DNA of 64,000 nt from Deltaproteobacteria bacterium (GCA_031273455.1 JAISRZ010000065.1:46907-110906), one strand, 5' to 3'; positions 19,132 through 29,439 are shown, numbered from the stretch's first letter. Notes: generated by a model from the letters alone, not told the origin. Numbers and translations: made by a program.

Positions 19132-20247
19132 TTAATTGGCCGGGCGCCAGCCGCCCTCGCGATCGCTAATGGCCAGGTAAAAACTGGCCAGGTTGCCAGC
19201 CTGGGGCGGAGCGAATATCAAGGTCCCCTCGGTCGGGGTTTGCGGTAGCGACTCCGGGGTTAAGGCTTTACTGTCTTTTAAGGCCCGGGCCAAGATCTGC
19301 CCTTGGGCGAAGCCCAAGTAGGTCTGGTAATCTAAAGATAGCCCTGGGGGCCCATATTTCCGGATCACCACGTCATAGTTCGGCGGAATGGTTTCTTTGG
19401 GGATTAAGACCGCCGGAAAGATGGTGTTCTCCCACAGCCCAGCGGTCATGGTGACCAGCTCATGGCCGGGGGAGTTTAAACTGTGGGTTAACCACAAGGT
19501 TTGGGGGTTTAAGGAGTCTTTTAAACTCCGAGCCACCGCCGCCGAGGGCCCTGGGGGGAGCCACAGGAAAATGGCCTCGGCCTCTTTTAAGGGCTCCAGT
19601 AAAGAGGGCCAGTTCCGAAACTCCGGGGCCACGGGCAGAAGGCGTAAGGTTAAACCGTTCTGGGCCGCCGTGGCTTCGGCTATAACAACGATCTCTTTGG
19701 ATCTTTCCGACTTAACATGGACAAAAACAGCCTCTTTTCGCCCAGTTTTAGCCATATAGCCCATTAAAGCGGCTAGCTCTTGGTCCTCAGTGGGCAAAAG
19801 GAGGGTGGGGTTATCGCCCTGATTGATCAACCTTTGGCTATTGGACCAGGGCCCATACCACAATAGGCCCCGCCGCTTTAAGAACTCGGAGGTGGCCCGG
19901 GGGAAGGCCGAGGCGGCCCCGCCCACCACGAGATCCGGTTTTTTCTGGTCTAATAAAAGCCCTAAGCGGGTCAGGAACTCTGGATGGCTGTCGTCCATGT
20001 CCAAGCTAAAGAGCTGGGCTTCCCGGTCGAGGCCGTGATTGGCGTTTAAAAAAGATAAAAGCGATCTAAGCCCACATAAGGATTCATAGGTTAACGCCTG
20101 GGAGCCGACCGGGGAGGCCCAACTGGCGATCTTAATGGGGGGGCTGTCAGCCCCTAAGGCTAGAGCGTTAGGGAAAAAGGGAAGAAATAAGACGCTAAAT
20201 ATTCCCACCAAAACCGAGATAGCGAATCGATTGATTTTAAAACTCAC
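19132..20247 (-). CDS. Periplasmic solute-binding-fold protein (type 1, LivK-like)
   Basis: Signal peptide. The size (371 aa) and the alternating beta-alpha pattern (DLVVGGAASAFP..., AVFVHVKSERSKE) fit the fold. Assignment is weak. Confidence 0.5.
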   Translation of the reverse strand: MSFKINRFAISVLVGIFSVLFLPFFPNALALGADSPPIKIASWASPVGSQALTYESLCGLRSLLSFLNANHGLDREAQLFSLDMDDSHPEFLTRLGLLLDQKKPDLVVGGAASAFPRATSEFLKRRGLLWYGPWSNSQRLINQGDNPTLLLPTEDQELAALMGYMAKTGRKEAVFVHVKSERSKEIVVIAEATAAQNGLTLRLLPVAPEFRNWPSLLEPLKEAEAIFLWLPPGPSAAVARSLKDSLNPQTLWLTHSLNSPGHELVTMTAGLWENTIFPAVLIPKETIPPNYDVVIRKYGPPGLSLDYQTYLGFAQGQILARALKDSKALTPESLPQTPTEGTLIFAPPQAGNLASFYLAISDREGGWRPAN

Positions 20248-20792
20248 GAGGCTCCTTTCCTGGCCGGGATAAAAGAAACCCTCCTTAAGTTAAATTATAG
20301 GCTTTTACGCTTTAAAATTAAAGACCGCTAAAAGGTTTTTCGAGCGGGTTTTTGATAGGTTTTTCCCTTTAAGCTTTGGAAAGCCCTAATCTTTTCCCCT
20401 CAAAAGAAATGAAATTCAATTATCGCTGTATCGCCGATATTAAACCATACCCGGACTATATTTAAAAAACTATGGAGCTTCCAAACTAAAAGCGCTAAAG
20501 TGATTACAAGGTCGGCCAGATCCCGATCTTGGGGATTTGGCGGGATTATTTGGGACCGGTTGACGAACTTTTCTATTGAGTGAGAATTAAGCCGCGACCG
20601 GTTTTCGCTAATTTTTAATAGGCGATTGGGAATTGGCCAGACAGAATAAAATTGTATATAATAGAGTCTTACGGAAGATAAGGTTGTCGCTCGCCAAAAG
20701 GGTGAAGGGCCTTTTAACGCCTCTAAATTAATGTCTCATATATAGAAAATATATTATTTTCTTTGATTAAATAAGGTAATTGGCCGTTTTAA

Positions 20793-21173
20793 ATGACTAT
20801 TGATGAGCTTTACGTTCATATCCAGACTAAATCGGAGTCGGTTAAATTCGACGACTCTCTTTCGGCGTCCATTCTACTTAACATAGCGGGCGATGAGTCG
20901 TCTTTGGAAAAGCGCTGGTTAGTGGAATTGGCCCATGGCCGAGCTAAGGTGACCGATAATCCGGGAGCTAATCCGGGATCTAATCCGGGATCTAATGATC
21001 CCTCAGCCGGGCCTAGTCCGCCGGACGTGTCTATTTCTTTAAAAGAAAAAACCTTATTGAGTCTGGCTTCCGGGGAAATGGCCCCAGTTAAGGCGTTTTT
21101 GCTCGGTCGAGTCAAAATTAAAGGCGATATGGCGTTACTTGGGCAATTAAAATATCTCTGGCCCGAATCTTGA
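20793..21173 (+). CDS. SCP2 sterol-carrier-like domain protein
   Basis: C-terminal MAPVKAFLLGRVKIKGDMALLGQLKYLW is the typical end of an SCP2 domain. An internal NPG(A/S) low-complexity insert is present. Confidence 0.65.
   Translation: MTIDELYVHIQTKSESVKFDDSLSASILLNIAGDESSLEKRWLVELAHGRAKVTDNPGANPGSNPGSNDPSAGPSPPDVSISLKEKTLLSLASGEMAPVKAFLLGRVKIKGDMALLGQLKYLWPES
20958..20993 (+). repeat. 12-bp tandem repeat (aatccggga[g/t]ct) x3 inside the SCP2 gene
   Basis: Counted directly. It encodes NPGANPGSNPGS. Confidence 0.85.
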
Positions 21174-21628
21174 CTGTTCGATTGAGGACCGATCAAAAAT
21201 GGGTTTTTGGACCATTTTTTTCGGAAAAAACTGAATGATTTCAAGGTGTTTAGTTGTCGCGTTTTAGCGGCGCTGGTTGAGGATTGGCCCGATTTGGTCA
21301 CATAAGGCTTTTTGGTCCCCATAGAGATCAAAATTTCCTTTCAAGATATTGTGGCTTATTGTGGTGTAAATGCAATATCAAGCGCTACTTATTAAAATTA
21401 ATACACAATTGGCATTTAATACTTGACTTCTGTTTTGTTAAAGTTTTAAATAGCCCCATGAAGCTTAAAGCGATCCAAACTGGTCAGGCCCAGGTTGGAT
21501 CGTGGATTCATCGGCCAGGCTACAGCCATGAATTGTATTAGTTAGGCCCGCTGGAATAGTTTTGGCGGGTTCGGGGCCATGGTCTTGACCAGCCATTAGT
21601 GGCCCCGCGACAACCAAGGAGAATCCTG

Positions 21629-21826
21629 ATGTCCAAAAACACCCTCAAAAACCTCCGTGAGCAGCTGCTTTTGAGCAAGGCGGAGCTGGCCCGTAAGGCT
21701 GGCGTCTCCCCGATGACCATCGACCGCATCGAAAACGGCGAGAAGTGTCGGATGGAGACCATGCGGAAGATTATCCTGGCCCTCGGCTACTCGCTGGAGG
21801 ACAAGGATAAGATCTTCGCCGACTGA
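21629..21826 (+). CDS. XRE-family helix-turn-helix regulator
   Basis: LREQLLLSKAELARKAGVSPMTIDRIENGEK is a classic HTH_3 pattern. The start was trimmed to the ATG at 21629, after a GGAG RBS. Confidence 0.75.
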   Translation: MSKNTLKNLREQLLLSKAELARKAGVSPMTIDRIENGEKCRMETMRKIILALGYSLEDKDKIFAD

Positions 21827-21951
21827 TGGCCGGGGCCGGACGCCCCCGACTGTTCCAGTTGGGGGCGCGCCTGGTCCATCTTATCTTTATCGGCCGCCTT
21901 TCGCGTCCCTCCCGCCTCCACCACTTAATGAATGAAAGCGAGCCATAGACT

Positions 21952-23010
21952 ATGCCAGTCATTGGATTTGACATTGGAACCTTCGCGGCTAAGGCGGTTC
22001 TTTTAAGCGTTAAAGGCAAAGGCCGCTCTTTGACCGTCTCCCTGGAGGGTTTGGGTATAGCCCAGATGCCCCAAGGGGTCATGAGCCAATGGGAGGAGCA
22101 GCCGGAGCCCGCGCGGAGGGCTATGAGCGTGGCCATGCGCTCTTTGTACAAACTAGCTAACCTAAAGCGGGGCCGTTTCGCCGCCATGTCCTTAAGCGGC
22201 GACACCATGATCATTAAAAAGATCAGCATGCCCGTGACCAGCCAAAAGGAGTTAAGGTCCACCTTGGCCTTAGAGGCCGAGCAGTATATCCCTTATCCCA
22301 TCAATGAAGTTAACATTGATGGCCATATCCTTAACACTGATGACCAACATGGCCAGATGTCGGTCTTATTGGTCGCGGCTAGGAAGGAAGTGGTGGCTAA
22401 TTACATCCAAGCCATCAACTTAACTAAGGTTTTAAAGCCCAATGTTATTGACGTGGACGCTTTGGCCCTGTATAACGCTTACGATTTTGTCTACCCAGAG
22501 ACCCGCGAAAACGCTATACTGATCGATCTGGGGGCGTCCTACATGCACGTCACCATCCTCAATGAAGGCATGCCCCACACCATTAAAGAGGAGCTCATCG
22601 GCTGCCAAAGAATCACCGATGACCTGGAGGACGCCTTTGGGGTCAGCCCGGAGGTGGCCGAGGCCATCAAGTTAGGGGCCGAGCCCGCCCCCAACCCGAC
22701 CGAGGTCGGGGAGATCATCGAGCGGGTGGCCAGCAACTGGGTGGCGGTTTTGGAGCGGAGCTTAGAGAACGTCCGGGTGGAACTGCCGGACTATCAACCC
22801 TCGAAGATTTTCTTAGCCGGGGGTGGGGCTTTTATTAAGGGTTTAGCGGAGCATTTCACCCGAGCCTTTAAGGTCAAGGTTGAAATTTTCAACCCTTTCC
22901 GGTATATCAAAGCTAACCCCAAGAAGTTTGACCAAGCTTACCTTGACTATATTGGCCCGCAAATGGCCGTCAGCTTTGGTTTAGCTATCCGTAAGGAGGA
23001 AGTCCGATGA
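21952..23010 (+). CDS. pilM: Type IV pilus assembly ATPase-fold protein PilM
   Basis: VIGFDIGTFAAKAV actin-like N-terminus, 352 aa. It is the first gene of a pilMNOPQ-ordered cluster and overlaps pilN by 4 bp. Confidence 0.9.
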   Translation: MPVIGFDIGTFAAKAVLLSVKGKGRSLTVSLEGLGIAQMPQGVMSQWEEQPEPARRAMSVAMRSLYKLANLKRGRFAAMSLSGDTMIIKKISMPVTSQKELRSTLALEAEQYIPYPINEVNIDGHILNTDDQHGQMSVLLVAARKEVVANYIQAINLTKVLKPNVIDVDALALYNAYDFVYPETRENAILIDLGASYMHVTILNEGMPHTIKEELIGCQRITDDLEDAFGVSPEVAEAIKLGAEPAPNPTEVGEIIERVASNWVAVLERSLENVRVELPDYQPSKIFLAGGGAFIKGLAEHFTRAFKVKVEIFNPFRYIKANPKKFDQAYLDYIGPQMAVSFGLAIRKEEVR

Positions 23011-23693
23011 TCCAAATCAACCTCCTACCCTTAGAGTCTTTCCGACAGAACACGAGCGGTCGTATCATGGTGTCCATCTTCGCGGTCACCATGATTTTAG
23101 TGACCATGGGGCTCTACGTCTACTATGACTTTTTCATGGGCTCGGAACTGGAAGAGTTAGAAAAAAAACAAACCACGATCACCCAGTCCTTAAACCAAGC
23201 CAAAGGGAAAACCGCCGCGGCTTTAAAAGAAGCGACCACCTTCGTCGATGACATGGTTAAGGTCACGGCCATCTCGGATTTGGAGGAAAGGCGAAGGGAT
23301 CAGACCCGGCTCTTTATGGGTTTGGCCAGTCAGGTCATGAACCAGACCTCTTGGTTAGTCAGTTGCTCCCATGATAAAGGGTTAGTCCGCATTAAGGGCA
23401 TGGCCATCGATCATGAGGAAGTGGCCAAGTTTTTGAGCCGTTTGCAAGCTTTGCCCATTTTACGGAACGTGGAGCTACTAAGGGCGGCCGAGGACACGGT
23501 CATTAACGGGGTCAGCTTAGTCACTTTCGAGCTTTCGGCCAACACCGTCTTCGCTGAGTCGTCCTTGGTGACCTCAGGCTTACCCTCGGAGTCGTTGCCC
23601 CCCAAAGAGACTTTGGTTAAATTAGTGACCATCGCGGCCCCCAATCTCGCGGAGGCCTTAAAACCTAAACTAGACGGCAAAAAGAAGCTTTAA
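23007..23693 (+). CDS. pilN: Type IV pilus assembly protein PilN
   Basis: MIQINLLP N-terminal signature, a single TM segment and a coiled coil. Confidence 0.85.
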   Translation: MIQINLLPLESFRQNTSGRIMVSIFAVTMILVTMGLYVYYDFFMGSELEELEKKQTTITQSLNQAKGKTAAALKEATTFVDDMVKVTAISDLEERRRDQTRLFMGLASQVMNQTSWLVSCSHDKGLVRIKGMAIDHEEVAKFLSRLQALPILRNVELLRAAEDTVINGVSLVTFELSANTVFAESSLVTSGLPSESLPPKETLVKLVTIAAPNLAEALKPKLDGKKKL

Positions 23694-23749
23694 GGCTATT
23701 ATAGGCCACCAAAAGGGGCCTTTAATGGCTTCTTCCCCAGAGGCGCGAT

Positions 23750-24400
23750 ATGGCTAAACCTCCAGCCCAGAAACCGAAGAGCAAAGAGGATTTTTTCGCC
23801 AAAGTGGCTAAGCTCAAAACCGGCCCCAAGGTGGGTATTTTGGTGGGCGGCTTGGCTTTGGTGATTGGCGTTTTTTACATGCAATTTTATTCGCCTTACG
23901 AGGCTAAGGTTTTGGGATTGCGTAACTCCATCGCTGATTTGGAAAAACAAAACAAAGCCGAAGCCGATAGCTTGGCTAAATATAAGCCACTTAACAACTA
24001 CGCGCAATCAGTGACCACCACGTATGACTATTTAAAGTCCTATTTGACCACTGATAACGAGATTCCTAAACTAATCCAGATCATCTCCGATCTTGGGACC
24101 CAAGCCGGGGCTAAGGTGTCGCTTTTCGCCCCCAAGCCGGCTAAACCCTTGGATAACTACGCTGAGATCGAGTTCCAGATGAACCTGGAAGGCACCTTTT
24201 TAAACGTTTTAAAGTTCTTTTATAGCTTGAGCCAAATGGATCGGATCATTAACATCCGCTCCGTGACCATGGACACCCCGGTTATGACCGATGGCATGGT
24301 CATGAACCTGTCGGTGAAATGCCAGGGCTCAACTTACCGGTTTTTAACCCCGGAAGAGATCGCCTTCTTACAAAGTAAACCCACTGGCAAGAAGAAATAG
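23750..24400 (+). CDS. pilO: Type IV pilus assembly protein PilO
   Basis: Its position, single TM segment, coiled coil and C-terminal alpha/beta domain fit PilO. 216 aa. Confidence 0.8.
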   Translation: MAKPPAQKPKSKEDFFAKVAKLKTGPKVGILVGGLALVIGVFYMQFYSPYEAKVLGLRNSIADLEKQNKAEADSLAKYKPLNNYAQSVTTTYDYLKSYLTTDNEIPKLIQIISDLGTQAGAKVSLFAPKPAKPLDNYAEIEFQMNLEGTFLNVLKFFYSLSQMDRIINIRSVTMDTPVMTDGMVMNLSVKCQGSTYRFLTPEEIAFLQSKPTGKKK

Positions 24401-24467
24401 TGACCGTGGCTCCGCGCGGCCCTTTTTGTTGACTCGTTGGCAAGGACAATAGATTGGAGCGCCAGGT

Positions 24468-25346
24468 ATGAATCGTTTTTTTCGCCGAATCCGCCCTTGT
24501 CTGACTCTCTGGCGAGTCGGGGTCGGGGTTTGGTTGATATTAATAATAGGCTGGGCCACCCCAAGCTTAGCTCAAGGGCCAAACGCTCCGGCTTCGCCCG
24601 GTTTGGCCCCGAACGCTAGCGGTCGGGCCTCGAACGGTCCCCCGCCACCACCGGCTCCGCCCCAAGCCCCCAACGCCGACGGCATGAGCTTTCGGGTGGA
24701 ATACTCCAGCCCGGGCGGCCAACCTGGGGCCACGCCCTCGGCCCCGCCCACGGCCCCGGGGATTGACCCGAAAGCGGTCAATAGCCCCGTGCCGCCGACC
24801 CCGCCCAAACTAGGGACGCCGACCGAGGCCGCTCCCCCGGCGGAGCCGGAAAAGCCTTTAACGCCCCAGGAAATCGAGGCCAACCAGCGGAAAGAGGAGC
24901 TTTTAAACGAGCTAAGATCCTGGCGCGAGTCGGTCAATCGCGACTACGCCTTCACCGGGGCGACCATATCCGATCCATTCATGCCCGTGGAGTCCGTGGC
25001 CCAACCCAAACCGCCCACCGTGGCTGGCGAGGAGGAATTGCGGGCTAAACCCATGATCCAGAAGCTGGCCTTAAACCAGTTCACCTTAGTGGCTATCGTG
25101 GTGGGGAAGAACGGCGAGAACAACCTGGCCATGGTCGATAGCGGGGGCAAGGGCTACATCGTGAAAAAAGGGGATCTCATTGGCAACAATAAAGGGTATG
25201 TCAAGGAAATCACCCAGAATAAGCTAATTGTGGAAGAGCCGGAGATCATCAGTCGGGCCTCTAAGTCGCCTCGGATCACCGAGTTTAGGTTAAACGCCCT
25301 AGGCGATAACGATGGCGAAATCACTTTATCCTCTTACGGGGAGTGA
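24468..25346 (+). CDS. pilP: Type IV pilus assembly protein PilP (with a long Pro-rich linker)
   Basis: N-terminal hydrophobic segment. The C-terminal beta domain reads FTLVAIVVGKNGENNLAMVDSGGKGYIVKKGDLIG. It sits between pilO and pilQ. Confidence 0.75.
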   Translation: MNRFFRRIRPCLTLWRVGVGVWLILIIGWATPSLAQGPNAPASPGLAPNASGRASNGPPPPPAPPQAPNADGMSFRVEYSSPGGQPGATPSAPPTAPGIDPKAVNSPVPPTPPKLGTPTEAAPPAEPEKPLTPQEIEANQRKEELLNELRSWRESVNRDYAFTGATISDPFMPVESVAQPKPPTVAGEEELRAKPMIQKLALNQFTLVAIVVGKNGENNLAMVDSGGKGYIVKKGDLIGNNKGYVKEITQNKLIVEEPEIISRASKSPRITEFRLNALGDNDGEITLSSYGE

Positions 25347-25413
25347 GGTTTTGACTTCAAGCTAACCACAAAATATAGCGTTCTATTTTGCCCGCCACTA
25401 TATGCGGGAATCC

Positions 25414-25449
25414 CTGGCCCAACCGATTCGGTTGGGCCAGTGTCGTTTT
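25414..25449 (+). terminator. Strong hairpin after pilP (possible terminator or processing site)
   Basis: ctggcccaacc-gattc-ggttgggccag is a perfect 11-bp stem, followed by tgtcgtttt. Confidence 0.4.
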
Positions 25450-25809
25450 AAAGGCCAAGCTTAAGTAATTGGTCATAATTAATTCTCCAATTGTCTTAGA
25501 GCGCTCTTCTTTTTTCTCAAAGGTTTAGAGCGAGTGGGAATTTTTTAAAAATTTTTTTTAACCGTCCAAGGCGTTGTATTTATTATGGGTTCTGTCTTAT
25601 AGCGGGTTTTTCATTCTACAAAAGCCTCTCTTCGGATTAATGAACCTCTTGATAAATGCCGATTAAATCAATGACAGAAGAATGGTTATAAGCCATTCTT
25701 TTTCGGGCGATAAGGCCCAATATTATTCTGACCGGATTCGTTCGACGGGGTTTAAAGTCCCCCGGTCTGGCCCCTAAGCGCCCAGACTTTTTTTAAGGAG
25801 ACACCCAAA

Positions 25810-27282
25810 ATGACAATAAGAGCTTTTTTAAAAAGGCGGCTAGGGCTTCTAACGCTAGCGGTGACGATGACGTTAATTTTCGCTTCCCTGGCCCAAGCCC
25901 AGACGTTCGCTCCGCCGCCTTCCCCGGCCCCCACCGTCACGCCGGTCGCGGCCCAAAATAGCCCTAACCCCTTAGGGAATCTACCGGAAGTCATTGTTGA
26001 CCCCATGGTGTCCCTGTCCAATAAGACTTACTCCGGGGAAAGAATCACCTTGGATTTCCAGAACGCGGACATCCATAACATCCTCCGTTTAATTGGCGAA
26101 GTCTCCGGCATGAACGTGGTGGTCTCGGATCAGGTCTCCGGCAAAGTGACCTTAAAACTGAAGAACGTCCCTTGGGATCAGGCCTTGGACATTGTTTTGG
26201 CCTCCAAGAACTTGGGCGCCATTTCCAATGGCAACGTTTTGCGGGTGGACTCCTTGGACAGCATCCGCCGGGCCAACCCGGATCCCTCGGACCCCTCGGC
26301 CAAAGTCACCTTGGTGAAAGACGTCTTCACCCCCAAGTACTCCTCGGTCTCCTCAGTGGCCGCGGAGATGGACAAATACAAGAGCATGCGCGGCCGGGTG
26401 CGGGTCATTGGCAATGACATCTACGTGGAGGATGACGTGGAGACCTTTAAGACTCTCCGCCAGATCTTCCAGCGGAACGACAAGGTCACCAAGCAGATCT
26501 TGATCGAGGCCCGGATCGTGGAGGCCACCACCGACTTCACCCAGACCTTAGGCGTCCGTTGGGGCGGTTACGGTAGCAATATGCAGGGCCCAGGCATGTC
26601 CACGCGGCACCCTGACGGCGGCCTCACCGGCGTCAGCTCCGACTACGCCGCGGACGTGGCCGCCGGGGGCACCGCGGCCGGTTATATGCCGGGCGAGCAT
26701 TTTGGGGTCTTAGACGTGGGCGGCGGTAACGCCATGCGCTTAGGGTACGGCTTTTTAAACAAGGCTGGGACCATGCTCTTAAACGCTGAGCTGAACGTCA
26801 ACGAGACCTTAGGCGAAACCAAGGTCATCTCGGCCCCGCGCATCATGGCCTCCAATGACAACGAGGTTTACATTAAGCAGGGCACCCAGGTCCCTTACCA
26901 GTCCTCCTCGGCCAACTCGGGCACCAACACCGAGTTTAAAGACGCCTTAATGGAGCTTCGGGTGACCCCGCACATCGAGGAAAATGGCCAGATTATCTCC
27001 CTGGACATCACCCTGACCAAAGACAACGTGGTCCGGGTGGAAGGCGATAACGAGCCCTCCATTGACAAAAAGGAAGCCAAAACCAAACTGATGGTCCGGG
27101 ACGGCGAGACCGTGGTCATTGGCGGTATCATTGAGGACACCCAGTCCAATAACTCTAAAAGGGTCCCGGGCCTTCACGCCATCCCGCTATTGGGCTGGCT
27201 CTTTAAGAACCGGGCCGTGGAGTCCAATAAGCGCGAGCTCCTGGTCTTTATCACGGCTAACATCATCCCCATTAACATCTAA
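25810..27282 (+). CDS. pilQ: Type IV pilus secretin PilQ
   Basis: Signal peptide. N-domains (ITLDFQNADIHNILRLIGEVSGMNVV, VTLKLKNVPWDQALDIVL). C-terminal secretin motif VPGLHAIPLLGWLFKN...RELLVFITANII. Confidence 0.92.
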   Translation: MTIRAFLKRRLGLLTLAVTMTLIFASLAQAQTFAPPPSPAPTVTPVAAQNSPNPLGNLPEVIVDPMVSLSNKTYSGERITLDFQNADIHNILRLIGEVSGMNVVVSDQVSGKVTLKLKNVPWDQALDIVLASKNLGAISNGNVLRVDSLDSIRRANPDPSDPSAKVTLVKDVFTPKYSSVSSVAAEMDKYKSMRGRVRVIGNDIYVEDDVETFKTLRQIFQRNDKVTKQILIEARIVEATTDFTQTLGVRWGGYGSNMQGPGMSTRHPDGGLTGVSSDYAADVAAGGTAAGYMPGEHFGVLDVGGGNAMRLGYGFLNKAGTMLLNAELNVNETLGETKVISAPRIMASNDNEVYIKQGTQVPYQSSSANSGTNTEFKDALMELRVTPHIEENGQIISLDITLTKDNVVRVEGDNEPSIDKKEAKTKLMVRDGETVVIGGIIEDTQSNNSKRVPGLHAIPLLGWLFKNRAVESNKRELLVFITANIIPINI

Positions 27283-27396
27283 AAACTAAGCCGTTATTAA
27301 TCCGGCTGGCCAAAAGCCAGCCGGATCTTGACAAATAAAGATAATCAAGTATAATCCGGGACTGGTAAAGGACAGCGCGATTATCGCGGTTTTCTT

Positions 27397-27471
27397 AGGC
27401 GTGTAGCTCAGGGGGAGAGCACTACCTTGACACGGTAGTGGTCAAGAGTTCAAATCTCTTCACGCCTACCA
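27397..27471 (+). tRNA. tRNA-Val (anticodon GAC), CCA encoded
   Basis: Hand-folded: acceptor AGGCGTG/CACGCCT, D arm GCTC/GAGC, anticodon stem CTACC/GGTAG with loop TTGACAC, T loop TTCAAAT. Confidence 0.95.
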
Positions 27472-27503
27472 TTAAATTTACATTATTATTTTTAAAGAAA
27501 AAG

Positions 27504-27545
27504 TCCGAAAACCTCTGGTTTAACCGCGGTTTTCGGATTTTTTTT
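27504..27545 (+). terminator. Intrinsic terminator after tRNA-Val
   Basis: tccgaaaacc...ggttttcgga forms a 10-bp stem followed by T8. Confidence 0.7.
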
Positions 27546-27846
27546 GTTTTAAGGGTGATATTAGGGCGTTTTAGTGGCTAATTAAGTTAGATTAAGTCAT
27601 CTCTAACCAGACGGGGCTTTGCGGGCCTTAGGGGAGGCTTTTGGGCGGCTCAAATTTCTTAAAGCCGGGGGCTTAAAGGGGTTTTTAGGGGATTTGTCTA
27701 TTTCATATTATTCTTAAGATGTTTAGGCGAAAATTAAAGACAATGGGGCAAAAGGCTCGGGTTAAAGAGCGCTATAAAAGAACCGTCTCAATTACGCTTA
27801 AGCCACTTAGGCTAACCTTACGCGGTTAGCGGTGGGGGAGGTCTTC

Positions 27847-28422
27847 ATGAAAACGGTCTTAATTGGGTCTTTAATGGTTTTTCTGGTCGGGTTCCTTACG
27901 GCTCGCTCGGCTAAGGCGGAAGGATCGGGGGAAGCCACCATCGGGCGGGCGTTAGTGGCCTATTTCTCCTTAAGCGGGAACTCCAAGACCATCGCCCTAG
28001 AAACTTATCGCTTAATCGGGGGGGATCTATTCGAGATCCAGACGGTTAAACCTTACCCGGAAAGGTATAACGACCAAACTGACCAGGCGAAAATCGAGCA
28101 AAGAGAACAAGCGAGGCCCGCTCTAAAAACCCACGTGGCCGATATGGGCCAGTATGACCTAATCGTCTTGGTTTACCCTAATTGGTGGTCCTCCATCCCC
28201 ATGCCTGTCGCCACCTTTTTGGAGGAGTACGACCTCACCGGTAAGACCATCCTCCCCATTTGTAGCCACGGCGGCGGGGGCCTTCAAGGGGTCAGGGCTA
28301 TTACTAAATCCGCCCCTAAAGCTAAGGTCTTAACCGGTCTGGGGATCGCCGCGGCGGGGGGCCGTAATCTAACCGGCGATTTAACGGCTTATCTGACTAA
28401 ACTCGGGCTAACGGCGCAATAA
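27847..28422 (+). CDS. Flavodoxin-like (Flavodoxin_4-type) protein with an N-terminal signal peptide
   Basis: MKTVLIGSLMVFLVGFLTARSAKA signal-like N-terminus. Then ALVAYFSLSGNSK and LVYPNWWSSIPMPVATFLE flavodoxin-like motifs. A GGGGGAG RBS lies 6 nt upstream of the ATG at 27847. Confidence 0.7.
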   Translation: MKTVLIGSLMVFLVGFLTARSAKAEGSGEATIGRALVAYFSLSGNSKTIALETYRLIGGDLFEIQTVKPYPERYNDQTDQAKIEQREQARPALKTHVADMGQYDLIVLVYPNWWSSIPMPVATFLEEYDLTGKTILPICSHGGGGLQGVRAITKSAPKAKVLTGLGIAAAGGRNLTGDLTAYLTKLGLTAQ

Positions 28423-28455
28423 ACTAAAACTAGGGCCGGGCTTAGGGGCCACGTC

Positions 28456-29439
28456 CTAAAGGGGGGCTTTTTTGGCGGATTTCCGGTTGGCTCCGGGCTC
28501 AGCGGCCAGATCGCCGCGCAAACCCTTTAAGTCCCGATAAGGCGGGGCCCCAAAGAAGCGGGTGTACTCGCGGCTAAACTGGTTGGGGCTAACGTACCCA
28601 ACCCGGTAAGCGGCCCCGCAAACGTTTAAGTTTTCCTCCAGCATGACCCGACGAGCCTCGATTAACCTTAACCTTTTTTGGTACTGGACCGGGCTTAGGG
28701 CGGTGACGTCGTGAAAATGGTGGTGGAAACTCGAGAGGCTCATGCCCACTGATTTGGCCAGGCTACTCACCTGAAAAGGTTTTTCGAAGTTGCGCTTCAG
28801 CCACTCAATGGCTTGGGCCACCCCGGAGCGGTGAACCCCCTCGGAGACCAGTTGCCTTAAACGGGGGCCTTGCTCGCTTTTTAAAAGTCGATAGGAGATT
28901 TCCTTAATGATTAAAGGGGCCAAGATGGAAAGATCCGCTGGCGAGGCCAGGCAGTCCAAAAGCCGGATAAAGGCCCCGGCGAGGCCGGGGGTGATTTTAC
29001 TGACCGCGGCCCCGCGCCGCGTTTCCGGGGTGTCCCGAGGAAAGGATCCGCTTTCCAAAAGGAGCTCGGTGATGAGTCGGCGGTCCAAGGTTAGGCCTAA
29101 AGCCAGATAGGGCTCTTGAGGCGAGGCTTTAATAACTTGGGTGATTAAGGGCAAATCAACCGAGGTCACCAGATACCGCTCAGCGTCGTAGATGAGGCGC
29201 TCGCCGCCCATGATGGCGCATTTGGCCCCTTGCCCAATCAGGCAGACGCTGGGGGCCACGTTGGCGAAGCCCGGGGTGGTGGGGGCGAAATGGCAATACA
29301 GCGTCAGACCGGGTAAGGCCGTGACCAACCGGGGCTGGCCTTGGATGAGCGAGGCGATCTTCCGAGCCAGAGGGTTAGTCCCCAGACTGGGGCTAAAAGG
29401 GCTTATCTGGATCTCCTTACACGTCATCCCTTCCTCCAT
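28456..29439 (-). CDS. AraC-family transcriptional regulator
   Basis: C-terminal dual HTH: SLAKSVGMSLSSFHHHFHDVTALSPVQYQKRLRLIEARR...VGYVSPNQFSREYTRFFGAPP. The start was trimmed to the Met at 29439. Confidence 0.8.
   Translation of the reverse strand: MEEGMTCKEIQISPFSPSLGTNPLARKIASLIQGQPRLVTALPGLTLYCHFAPTTPGFANVAPSVCLIGQGAKCAIMGGERLIYDAERYLVTSVDLPLITQVIKASPQEPYLALGLTLDRRLITELLLESGSFPRDTPETRRGAAVSKITPGLAGAFIRLLDCLASPADLSILAPLIIKEISYRLLKSEQGPRLRQLVSEGVHRSGVAQAIEWLKRNFEKPFQVSSLAKSVGMSLSSFHHHFHDVTALSPVQYQKRLRLIEARRVMLEENLNVCGAAYRVGYVSPNQFSREYTRFFGAPPYRDLKGLRGDLAAEPGANRKSAKKAPL

Noticed and set aside
20816-22262. Minus-strand ORFs 20816-21331 (171 aa) and 21771-22262 (163 aa)
   Set aside because: They overlap the SCP2 gene, the XRE gene and pilM on the opposite strand. 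They have no motifs, while the plus-strand genes have family signatures.
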